Positions 27,092 through 35,100 of a stretch of 64,000 nucleotides of DNA are shown in pieces. This DNA is from Gemmatimonadota bacterium (lineage in GTDB: Bacteria > Gemmatimonadota > Gemmatimonadetes > Gemmatimonadales > GWC2-71-9). Positions within the stretch are counted from its first letter, which is position 1. Each line of letters opens with the position of its first letter. The notes under the pieces are model-generated. The model was not told the DNA's origin. It did not search any database and saw nothing but the letters and a program-made list of their open reading frames with translations. Made by a program: the position numbers and the translations under genes. The DNA lies in NCBI GenBank assembly GCA_039933845.1, contig JBDTNH010000001.1, positions 5,426-69,425 on the forward strand. The letters run 5' to 3'.

Positions 27092-27946
27092 TCAAGGAAT
27101 CGGGGCACGGCCGGCAATCATCGTGATGTTGTCGCTACCACCGCGTTCGAGCGTCACGTCGAGTAGCGAGCGGCAGAGTTGCTCGGATGATGTCATCGTC
27201 TTGATCTGCTCCGCGATTTCTGCATCGCTCACATGCTTGGTGAGTCCATCGGTGGTCAGGAAGACGACACAACCACGCGGGATCTCGATGCGACTGACGA
27301 CCGGCACGGCTTCGTCGCTGCCGATGGCGCTCGACAGGATGTTGCTCAATGGCGACCTGCTGGCGCGATCGGCGGTCAGGATGCCCTGATCGACCAGCCC
27401 CTGCGCAATCGTTTGGTCGCGGGTAATCTGCGTCAGTGTGCCCTCCCTGTAGACATAGCAACGGCTGTCGCCCACCTGGGTCACGTACATCCACGGGAAT
27501 ACCGCGACGGCGAGCGTCAGGGTGGTGGCCATCTTGGCGTCGGGCTGGAGCAATTGCTGCTTTTTCACCGCCGCGTGTGCCTCCATCGCCGCCCCGGTCA
27601 ATGCCTTGTGAAATTCGGTGCCCGTCGCCTCACCGGCGTCGTGATACGATTGCATCGACGTGGTGACGTACTGCGTGATGGTGGCGAGTGCCACCTCGCT
27701 CGCCTTGCCACCGCCCGATCCGCTGCCGACCCCGTCGGCCACCAGCATGTAGGTCGCGATTCGTTCGCCCCGGAGTGGCAGCGAATCAGGTTCAGGAAGC
27801 GAGGTGCCATGCACCACCACCTGCTGGTGCACGGTGCAGAGCATGAAATGATCCTGGTTCTCCTTGCGCACCCGGCCGATGTGGGTAAGGCCAAACAGGT
27901 CCAGCTCGACATCGTGCGGCCGTGCCCACTGCAATTCAGTTGGCAT
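27092..27946 (-). CDS. PP2C-family Ser/Thr protein phosphatase
   Basis: 284 aa. GLTHIGRVRKENQDHF, VADGVGSG, ...LTTDGLTKHVSD..., GGSDNITMI (PPM motifs). Confidence 0.85.
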   Translation of the reverse strand: MPTELQWARPHDVELDLFGLTHIGRVRKENQDHFMLCTVHQQVVVHGTSLPEPDSLPLRGERIATYMLVADGVGSGSGGGKASEVALATITQYVTTSMQSYHDAGEATGTEFHKALTGAAMEAHAAVKKQQLLQPDAKMATTLTLAVAVFPWMYVTQVGDSRCYVYREGTLTQITRDQTIAQGLVDQGILTADRASRSPLSNILSSAIGSDEAVPVVSRIEIPRGCVVFLTTDGLTKHVSDAEIAEQIKTMTSSEQLCRSLLDVTLERGGSDNITMIAGRAPIP

Positions 27947-28160
27947 CCATCTTCGCTTTCAGCTCCTGAAGCCGGTTCTCCACCACGATCAGGGATTGGC
28001 CTGCCGCCTCGGGCCGGTCGGGGTGCAGTGCCTTGATAGCCACCGTGCGGTGGTGTGTGATGTCCTTGGCGAGCAACACCGTCGCCATGCCACCGTGCCC
28101 AAGCTCGCGCTCGATGGTGTAGCGGTCGGCGAGTGCAGCCTTGAGCGATTCGATACTCAC
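27936..28160 (-). CDS. 74-aa kinase N-lobe fragment (Gly-loop + VAIK, ends after the alpha-C-equivalent region): microprotein or pseudogene remnant
   Basis: MSIESLKAALADRYTIERELGHGGMATVLLAKDITHHRTVAIKALHPD... aligns with the first ~45 residues of the neighbouring kinases and then terminates. Good GC3 codon usage. The GTG start overlaps the upstream kinase stop (GTGA 28157-60), and the 3' end overlaps the PP2C start by 11 nt. Confidence 0.45.
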   Translation of the reverse strand: MSIESLKAALADRYTIERELGHGGMATVLLAKDITHHRTVAIKALHPDRPEAAGQSLIVVENRLQELKAKMDAN

Positions 28161-31144
28161 GGCTTGAGTCCCGGCTGTGGCACCACATCACCATTCTTCG
28201 TGCCGGCCACGACCCGACGCGCCTCGGCGATCATTGGCTGCTGGCTCGGAGCCGGCTGATCAACAGCGTCAAGGAACCCGGTGAGTTGTCGCACCGCTCC
28301 GGCGTGATCGCCGGCCTCCTCAAGCGCCATGCCGCGTTCGAACATGACTGTCGGCCCAAGAGCAAACTTGGGCCCGAACGTTCTCGGCGCATTCAATGCC
28401 CCATCGATCCACATCAAGTAGCGCTCGACCTCCGCCGGTTTGCCCTTAGCCCGGAGTGCCCGGGCAATCACCAGCCGATTGACCATTTCGGCCGCGAACC
28501 CGAAATCGCCATCGCGCATCGCGGCGTCGCTGATCGCACGCACCGAGTCGGCGGCACTTGGCACACCCTGTTTCACCTGCCAGAGCGCATTGAGCGATCG
28601 CGCGACATGCAGCGCCCTGGGACTCGACTCGCGTCCCAATGCTGAGATCACCTCACGTAGCTTCGGCTCGTCGTTGCTGACAATCGCCATCAAGCCGTCG
28701 AACCAGCGCAGTTCGATCCGGTCGCGCGGCAGCTCCTCGGCGCCGGGCATCGCCTGCGCGCGCTGCACCGCATCGGCGGCCGTCGCCGGAGCGACCGTAC
28801 CGAGCCAGGCACCGATCGTCGCAATCCGCGCGGTACTGAATCGGTTCTCTACCGTGGTGTTTGCCGACTCGTTCCGCTGCAACGCCGCCAGGCCGCCGGT
28901 CCAATCCCCGCGCGCCGTCTTGAGCAGCCCCTCGCCGAGGTACGATTCGGTCAACGCCTCACCGGAGTAGATCCCTTCTGCGCGCGCCCGTTCGACCACT
29001 GCCATGCGCTCCGGGAGCCGAAGCTTCGAGAATCCCATCAGCCCCGACCACGCCAGCGTCGGATTGCCGATCGGAAGGTCGCCAAAAGCGCGCGCCAAAG
29101 CGATTCCGTCTTCTGCAGGGAGCTTCACAGTGCTGTCGAGCATCGATTGGTTGAGATCGGCCTGCCACGTCATCACTCGGCTGAACACTCCCCCAGCGAG
29201 CGCGGCACCACTCCGGAAGGATTTCACCGCCTGTTCCTGCGCTCCGAGTGCCTCTTCGACCACCGCCTTGTGGAACCAGACGTCGGAGTTGTCGGGCGTC
29301 AGCTTGGCGAGTCGGTCGAGGATCGGCACCGTCTCGGCGAGGCTGATACCGTACACGGGACCGCTGTGGATGATGTCGTCGACCCCCGACATCAGGATCG
29401 GGGGATAGTCGGGGTAGCGTTGGATCAACGCACGCCATGCTGCGGCTTGAGCTGGGAGCGGCGTCGTCATGCCGGTTGCTTCGAGCCAGAGCCGCTCGCG
29501 CTCGGGCAACTTGTGGGCGAGCAGCAGCAGCCGCGCGTGCGCCGTTTCATCGACAGCTTGCAGGTTCCAGCTACGCGCAAAATCGTAACGCAGATATGCC
29601 TGGACAAAGTTGCTGTCGAGTTCGAAGGCACGACGGTACTTCTGGAGCGCAGCCTCGACTTCGAGCTTGTAAAAGTGGCGCTCGCCGTCGAGGAAGGTGC
29701 GCAGCGCCTCGAACGATTGGGTGGTGAGCCCGGTCAGTACCGGCGAGGGCGCCTCGCCGCGCCGCCATACCTGCCTGAGCACTTGCCAGGTGAGTGAATC
29801 GGTGAGTGCTGCGATGTCGCCGACCGGCGCCAGTGCACTCGCCTTGGCGATCGCGGTATCAGAACCGATCGGATAGAGCGCCACCGATGCCCGTACCTGG
29901 CCCGATTCGCCGATCAACGTTCCGGTAAGCACACTGCCGGCGCCGAGCCGCGTGGCGATTTCCCGTGCCTGGGCGAGTGGCAATGGCGAGGGAGCGTCTC
30001 TCGTATTGAGCAATAGCGTCGCTGCATCGACTGTGCTGAGTACGCCGACGCCATCGAGCGTGGTGCTGAGCGTCACGACCAGATCCTGACCGAGCCGGCT
30101 GAGTGAGGTATCGGAGACGGCTGAGAGCGGCATCACCGCGATGCGTTCGGCGCCCTCCGCCACAGTGGGCGCTGAGGAACTGCCCCGACCGATTCCCCAC
30201 CAGATAGCGCCGGCAACACCCAGGACGGCAGCGGTCGCGAGCAATGCCATGGTCCGTCCACTCATGCGGGATGTGGGCAACGCCTGCGCACTGTCAGCGA
30301 GCCGCGCGGCGAGCGATGCAGCATCCGGGCGCTGATCGGGGCTCTTCGCGAGACACGCCGCGATGAGATCGGTGAGCACACGCGGGACATCGCCACGGAC
30401 CGTGGTCACCGATGGTGCCGGCGTGGTGACGTGTGCAGCAATCACCTGCTGAGCGCTGGCGCCCGTGAAGGGCGGGTGACCCGCCAGCATCTCGAAGAGC
30501 ACGCAACCCACCGCATAGACGTCCGACCGACCATCGAGCTCCGACGCGGCGGTGGCCTGTTCCGGACTCATGTAGGCCGGGGTACCGATCGACGTCCCCG
30601 ACTGGGTCAGGGCCTGCGATCCCGTGGCGTCCATCGCGCGGGCAATGCCGAAGTCGGCCACGACCGCATGGCCGCCATCGAGCAGGATGTTCTCCGGCTT
30701 GATGTCGCGGTGGATCACACCCTTCGCATGCGCATGGGCCAGGGCGTCGGCGACCTCGCGGGCGATCTGCCGGGCTTCGTCGATCGGCAACTGGCGATCC
30801 CGGCCAAGTCGCTCACGAAGGGACTCGCCCTCAACCAAGGGCATGACATAGTAGAGGAAGGAGTGCGGCCCCTCGCGGCCTTCGGCCTGCTCGACGAACA
30901 CCTCGCCCGAGTCGTGCAGCGGCAGGATGTGTGGGTGCCGAAGATTGGCTGTCGTCCGAATCTCGACCAGGAATCGCTCGGCCCCGACCGCTGCGGCCAA
31001 CTCCGGGCGGAGCACCTTGATCGCCACATCACGGTCGTGCTTGAGGTCGTGCGCCAAGTAGACGGTCGCCATGCCACCTTCACCAATCTCGCGCTCGAGG
31101 GTGTAGCGGTCGGCGAGTGCGCTTCGGAGACGGTCGATGGTCAA
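28157..31144 (-). CDS. Hanks-type Ser/Thr protein kinase with TM segment and ~650-aa extracytoplasmic/helical-repeat region
   Basis: ORF 28157..31234. TTG 31144 with AGGAG 5 nt upstream gives (M)TIDRLRSALADRYTLEREIGEGGMATVYLAHD, matching the paralog N-termini. VAIKVL, HRDIKPENILL, VADFGIA, GTPAYMSPE. TM segment MALLATAAVLGVAGAIWW. Confidence 0.8.
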   Translation of the reverse strand: MTIDRLRSALADRYTLEREIGEGGMATVYLAHDLKHDRDVAIKVLRPELAAAVGAERFLVEIRTTANLRHPHILPLHDSGEVFVEQAEGREGPHSFLYYVMPLVEGESLRERLGRDRQLPIDEARQIAREVADALAHAHAKGVIHRDIKPENILLDGGHAVVADFGIARAMDATGSQALTQSGTSIGTPAYMSPEQATAASELDGRSDVYAVGCVLFEMLAGHPPFTGASAQQVIAAHVTTPAPSVTTVRGDVPRVLTDLIAACLAKSPDQRPDAASLAARLADSAQALPTSRMSGRTMALLATAAVLGVAGAIWWGIGRGSSSAPTVAEGAERIAVMPLSAVSDTSLSRLGQDLVVTLSTTLDGVGVLSTVDAATLLLNTRDAPSPLPLAQAREIATRLGAGSVLTGTLIGESGQVRASVALYPIGSDTAIAKASALAPVGDIAALTDSLTWQVLRQVWRRGEAPSPVLTGLTTQSFEALRTFLDGERHFYKLEVEAALQKYRRAFELDSNFVQAYLRYDFARSWNLQAVDETAHARLLLLAHKLPERERLWLEATGMTTPLPAQAAAWRALIQRYPDYPPILMSGVDDIIHSGPVYGISLAETVPILDRLAKLTPDNSDVWFHKAVVEEALGAQEQAVKSFRSGAALAGGVFSRVMTWQADLNQSMLDSTVKLPAEDGIALARAFGDLPIGNPTLAWSGLMGFSKLRLPERMAVVERARAEGIYSGEALTESYLGEGLLKTARGDWTGGLAALQRNESANTTVENRFSTARIATIGAWLGTVAPATAADAVQRAQAMPGAEELPRDRIELRWFDGLMAIVSNDEPKLREVISALGRESSPRALHVARSLNALWQVKQGVPSAADSVRAISDAAMRDGDFGFAAEMVNRLVIARALRAKGKPAEVERYLMWIDGALNAPRTFGPKFALGPTVMFERGMALEEAGDHAGAVRQLTGFLDAVDQPAPSQQPMIAEARRVVAGTKNGDVVPQPGLKP

Positions 31145-31291
31145 GAAGACTCCTGCTGGAGACCGCAGAGTGGGAGGGAGTAACCCCTTATGATACGAGT
31201 ATCCGCCGAGGGCGACCAGTCCGGACTCCAACAACCTGCTGCCATCTTCGGAGAGCTGGCCGTCCCTCTGGTGAATTCATGGAGGTCATGC

Positions 31292-33298
31292 ATGCCGCGC
31301 CACCTCGTCCTGCTGCTCACCATCGCTACCGCAATCACCGGCCTGTCGGCACAGTCGGTCCCGGCCCCTTGGCTCGACCCCGCCGCCACGGCGTCGATCG
31401 GCCGCCCGATTCCGGGGCCGGTATTCGAGTCGCCGGAGTTCACCCGGGCGGTCACGGCGGGGACGCGGACCCGCACCGGCGTTCCGGGGCCGCGCAACTG
31501 GGTCCAGCACGCCCGCTACGACATCGCGGCCACCCTTGATCCCGTGTCCGGGCGAGTGTCAGGCACCGAGTCGGTGACCTATCTCAATCGGTCACCAGAC
31601 ACGCTCGACGTCCTCTTCGTCTATCTGCGCCAGAATGTCTATGCGTCGGGCTCGCCGCGCCGCGAGACGTTGCCGATCACCGGTGGAGTGACGCTCACTC
31701 GGGTCACGGTTGGCGGGCAGATACGCTCCGCCCCGGATACCACCGCGGGTCGGCGTGGCCGCAACACTCCGGACAGCTATCAGGTGCAGGGAACGGTCAT
31801 GTTGTTGCCGCTCGCTACCCCGCTGCTGCCGGGCGACAGCGTACCGCTGGCATTCGCGTGGTCGTACGCCCCTGCGCCGACGCCGTCGGATGGCCGTCAA
31901 GGACGCGACGGCAACGTCTTCTTCATGGGCTACTGGTATCCGCAAATCGCGGTCTACGACGACGTCAACGACTGGGTGATCGATCCGTATATCAGTGGCG
32001 CCGAGTTCTACATGGACCCGGCCGACTACGATGTGCGACTCACGGTGCCGTACGGTTGGACGGTGGGCGCCACCGGAAGTCTTCAAAACCCGGGTGATAT
32101 GTTCACCGCGGCGGCGCGCGACTCACTCGCTGCGGCACGGATCAGCGGACGCGTGGTTCGGATGTTCGAGCCCGGGCGCGATCCGAACGCGGTGTTCCGG
32201 AAGACCGGTCCAACCAGCACCTGGCATTTCGTCGCGAAGGACGTGCGGGACTTTGCCTGGGGTGCCAGCAACCAACAGGCGTGGGACGCGACCCGCGCGC
32301 TGGTGGAGCGCTCAGGGAGTGCGCCCGACACCGTCGACATCCACTCGTTCTTCCGGCTCAGCAGCCGAGCCGCCGCGTGGAATCTGGGTGGCGCGCGGTT
32401 CACCCGAGACGCGATCGCGACCCTCTCGACCACGCTCTGGCCCTACCCGTGGCCGACGATGAGTTCGATGGAGGGGGTGCTCACCGGCGGTGGGATGGAA
32501 TATCCGATGATGACCCTCATGCAGCCGTGGAGCGACACCCTTTCACTGGCCGGCGACCTGATGCACGAGACGGGGCACATGTGGTTCCCGATGCAAGTCG
32601 GCTCCAACGAGACTCGGCATGTCTGGATGGACGAGGGACTCACCCAATACGATGTGGCGCAGGCGATGAAGCTGATCTACGGCGCCCCGCGCAGCGGTGG
32701 CCGTCCGAACGACTCCGAGGAGGGCCAGCGTGAGCAGTATCTGATGCTCGCCCGGGATGGCCTGGACAACTCGTTGATGATCGACGGCAATGAGTACCCG
32801 CAATACCTCTACGCGCTCAACTACAACAAGACCGCGCAGGTGCTGGTGGCGCTCCGGAGCATCATCGGCGCAGACCGGTTCCACGAGGCGCTGGTGGCCT
32901 ACGGCCACGCCTGGGCCGGCAGGCATCCCGAGCCATTCGATTTCTTCAATGCGATGAGTCAGGCGGCGGGACAGGATCTTTCATGGTTCTGGTCGAGCTG
33001 GTTCTACCACGGCTGGCCGCTCAACCAGGCGATCGAGAGCGTCACGGCGGTTGGCGACACGACCACGATCACCGTGGTCGATCGCGGCATGGCGCCGATG
33101 CCGGTGAGGCTCCGGGTGACACACGCTGATGGCTCCGTGGAGAACGTCGAGTTGTCGGTACAGGTGTGGCTCAACGGGTCGCGGCGAGCGGTGACCACAG
33201 TGGTAGCACCGTCGAAGGTCACCCGGGTGGAGATCGATGCGGCCGGTGACTTTCCCGACATGGACCGGAGTGACCAGGTGTGGTCGCGAGAGCACTAG
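31292..33298 (+). CDS. M1-like zinc metallopeptidase, secreted
   Basis: ORF 31190..33298. ATG 31292 has GGAGG 6 nt upstream. Signal MPRHLVLLLTIATAITGLSAQS. HETGH-x18-E (MHETGHMWFP...WMDEGLTQY). Confidence 0.8.
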   Translation: MPRHLVLLLTIATAITGLSAQSVPAPWLDPAATASIGRPIPGPVFESPEFTRAVTAGTRTRTGVPGPRNWVQHARYDIAATLDPVSGRVSGTESVTYLNRSPDTLDVLFVYLRQNVYASGSPRRETLPITGGVTLTRVTVGGQIRSAPDTTAGRRGRNTPDSYQVQGTVMLLPLATPLLPGDSVPLAFAWSYAPAPTPSDGRQGRDGNVFFMGYWYPQIAVYDDVNDWVIDPYISGAEFYMDPADYDVRLTVPYGWTVGATGSLQNPGDMFTAAARDSLAAARISGRVVRMFEPGRDPNAVFRKTGPTSTWHFVAKDVRDFAWGASNQQAWDATRALVERSGSAPDTVDIHSFFRLSSRAAAWNLGGARFTRDAIATLSTTLWPYPWPTMSSMEGVLTGGGMEYPMMTLMQPWSDTLSLAGDLMHETGHMWFPMQVGSNETRHVWMDEGLTQYDVAQAMKLIYGAPRSGGRPNDSEEGQREQYLMLARDGLDNSLMIDGNEYPQYLYALNYNKTAQVLVALRSIIGADRFHEALVAYGHAWAGRHPEPFDFFNAMSQAAGQDLSWFWSSWFYHGWPLNQAIESVTAVGDTTTITVVDRGMAPMPVRLRVTHADGSVENVELSVQVWLNGSRRAVTTVVAPSKVTRVEIDAAGDFPDMDRSDQVWSREH

Positions 33299-33326
33299 GC
33301 GATTCACATTCCGCTGCAGTCGGCTT

Positions 33327-33821
33327 TCACACCGCTGGAGCCCCGAGACGCTTCCGCATCACAAGCATGTGTGCCGGTCGCTTCAACTTGTAGGCATCGT
33401 AGAATGGGCGTTGTCCGACGAGGGCGAACCCCAGCCGCCGGTAGAACTCTGGCAACTCCTCCCGAAGATTCACCACCTCGATCTCGATCAGCTCGATGTG
33501 AGCGTCACCGCATCGCCGTTCGACTGCCTCGAGCAATGCACGTGCATGTCCTCGTCCTTGTGCCGCGGGATCTACTGAAAGCAAGCCGAACCAGACATGA
33601 TCGACCCGCAACTCAACGTACACGACGGCAACGAGCGTCGCACCCTGAGGATCATCAACCACCAGAATCGTCGCCTCGGGGCGAGCTAGCCGAGCCACGA
33701 TATCCTCGGCGTTGGTCCGATCCCCCTCGAGGAAGAAGTCCTCGACCCGATAGGCGAGGTTTACGACCCGCACGATCTCCGCGACATCAGCCTCCGACGC
33801 TCGCCTTGGCTTGTCGGTCAC
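33327..33821 (-). CDS. GNAT family N-acetyltransferase
   Basis: 164 aa, GTG start. VDPAAQGRGHARALLEAVE (motif A) and FYRRLGF. Confidence 0.75.
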   Translation of the reverse strand: MTDKPRRASEADVAEIVRVVNLAYRVEDFFLEGDRTNAEDIVARLARPEATILVVDDPQGATLVAVVYVELRVDHVWFGLLSVDPAAQGRGHARALLEAVERRCGDAHIELIEIEVVNLREELPEFYRRLGFALVGQRPFYDAYKLKRPAHMLVMRKRLGAPAV

Positions 33822-33830
33822 GCCACGGGC

Positions 33831-33917
33831 CTCGCTTCTCGCTTCTCACTTCTCGCTTCTCGCCTCTCGCTTCTCGCTTCTCGTTTCTCGGTTCTCACTT
33901 CTCACTTCTCACTTCTT
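33831..33917. repeat. Heptanucleotide tandem array, 12.4 units of CTCRCTT (sense on minus strand: AAGYGAG)
   Basis: Direct read from 33831: ctcgctt x2, ctcactt, ctcgctt, ctcgcct, ctcgctt x2, ctcgttt, ctcggtt, ctcactt x3, ctt. It overlaps the last 6 codons and stop of ORF 33895..35100. Confidence 0.95.
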
Positions 33918-35100
33918 GCGGCAACGCCGCCAGCACCCGACCAATCACTCCATCCAGCTCCCGATTGCCGCTGATCCAGCGCACCACGATCACCAGGTCG
34001 TGTTCCTGATCAACATACACCGCGTTGGTCCCGTTGCCCAGGAACATCACCGCGCTGGCCGGCGCAGAGGGCAGCATCTTCCGGTCGGAATTCAGGAACC
34101 AGTTCATGTAGCCGTAGCCGGGGTTGTCAGGCCCAGGGGCGCACGCCAGCGCGATCCATGATTCCGGGATGATCTGGCGGGCCTGCCAGTGGCCGTCGTG
34201 CAGATAGAGATAGCCCAGGCGCGCCATGTCCCACGCGTTGATGAACATCCCCCCGCCCCAATGCCCTCCCCCGGAGACCGACTGCATCCGGAGCCCGTCG
34301 AGCTCGACCCAGGAGTTGTCGTATCCTTCCCAACGCCAGGTGCTCGACGCACCGATCGGATCCATCACCTCGCGGCGGAGCACCACCGGCAGTGGCTCGC
34401 GCAGCACCTCGAGCGCGGCCAGCGCCAGCACATTGACGCGGACATCGTTGTACTTGAAGTGTGTGCCGGGCGTGTAGAGGGTCCGGGACTCCCATCCCTC
34501 CCGCGGTCCACTTGGTCGGTCGGCCCAGTCGGGTTTGTCCCAGAGCGTTCCCTGCCAATCGCTGGTCTGCCGGAGCAGGTCGTCCCACGTGATGCCTCGG
34601 TTGTGCGAGGCCTCGAACAGGTCGACTCCTCTTGGCATGTATCCGCGCACGGTGTCGCGCACATCACCAATTCGGCCATCGCGAACCGCGACGCCGAGCA
34701 CACTCGAGAGGAAGGTCTTGGTGACGCTGTGCGTCATGTCAACCCGGTCGACCGGTCCCCATTCGGCGATCACCCCGCCACGATAGATCACCAAGCCACT
34801 TGGATCGCCACGCTCCTGCATCGGTCCAACAATCTCCGCATGTGGCTCATGGGCACCGAACGAGCCCAGCTGGGCCTCGGCCTGATCGCGTGGCGCCCGC
34901 GTCTCGTTGGCAATCGCGAAGGCCACGGCCGAATCGATCCCGGTTTGATCGACACCGAGCACGACCGCCGACTGATGGAGCCAGCCACCCCGGGGCGGGT
35001 AGTACACCGACTGGGCGACGAGCGGCACCGTGACCACCAGCAGCAGCGACGCCCGCAACGCGACGATCGCGTATCGGCGTACCAATCCCTTAGCCCGCAT
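33895..35100 (-). CDS. Serine hydrolase, beta-lactamase/transpeptidase-like (class C-like)
   Basis: 401 aa. Signal-like N-terminus. SxxK motif in MTHSVTKTF. The C-terminal QEVRSEK and the stop are encoded by the heptamer array. Confidence 0.8.
   Translation of the reverse strand: MRAKGLVRRYAIVALRASLLLVVTVPLVAQSVYYPPRGGWLHQSAVVLGVDQTGIDSAVAFAIANETRAPRDQAEAQLGSFGAHEPHAEIVGPMQERGDPSGLVIYRGGVIAEWGPVDRVDMTHSVTKTFLSSVLGVAVRDGRIGDVRDTVRGYMPRGVDLFEASHNRGITWDDLLRQTSDWQGTLWDKPDWADRPSGPREGWESRTLYTPGTHFKYNDVRVNVLALAALEVLREPLPVVLRREVMDPIGASSTWRWEGYDNSWVELDGLRMQSVSGGGHWGGGMFINAWDMARLGYLYLHDGHWQARQIIPESWIALACAPGPDNPGYGYMNWFLNSDRKMLPSAPASAVMFLGNGTNAVYVDQEHDLVIVVRWISGNRELDGVIGRVLAALPQEVRSEK

Noticed and set aside
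33371-34161. Plus-strand ORFs (33371..34009, 33811..34161) translating the heptamer array as SLLASHFSLLASRFSLL...
   Set aside because: These are low-complexity translations of the repeat, which is open in all frames on this strand. They are antisense to the well-supported GNAT and serine-hydrolase genes.
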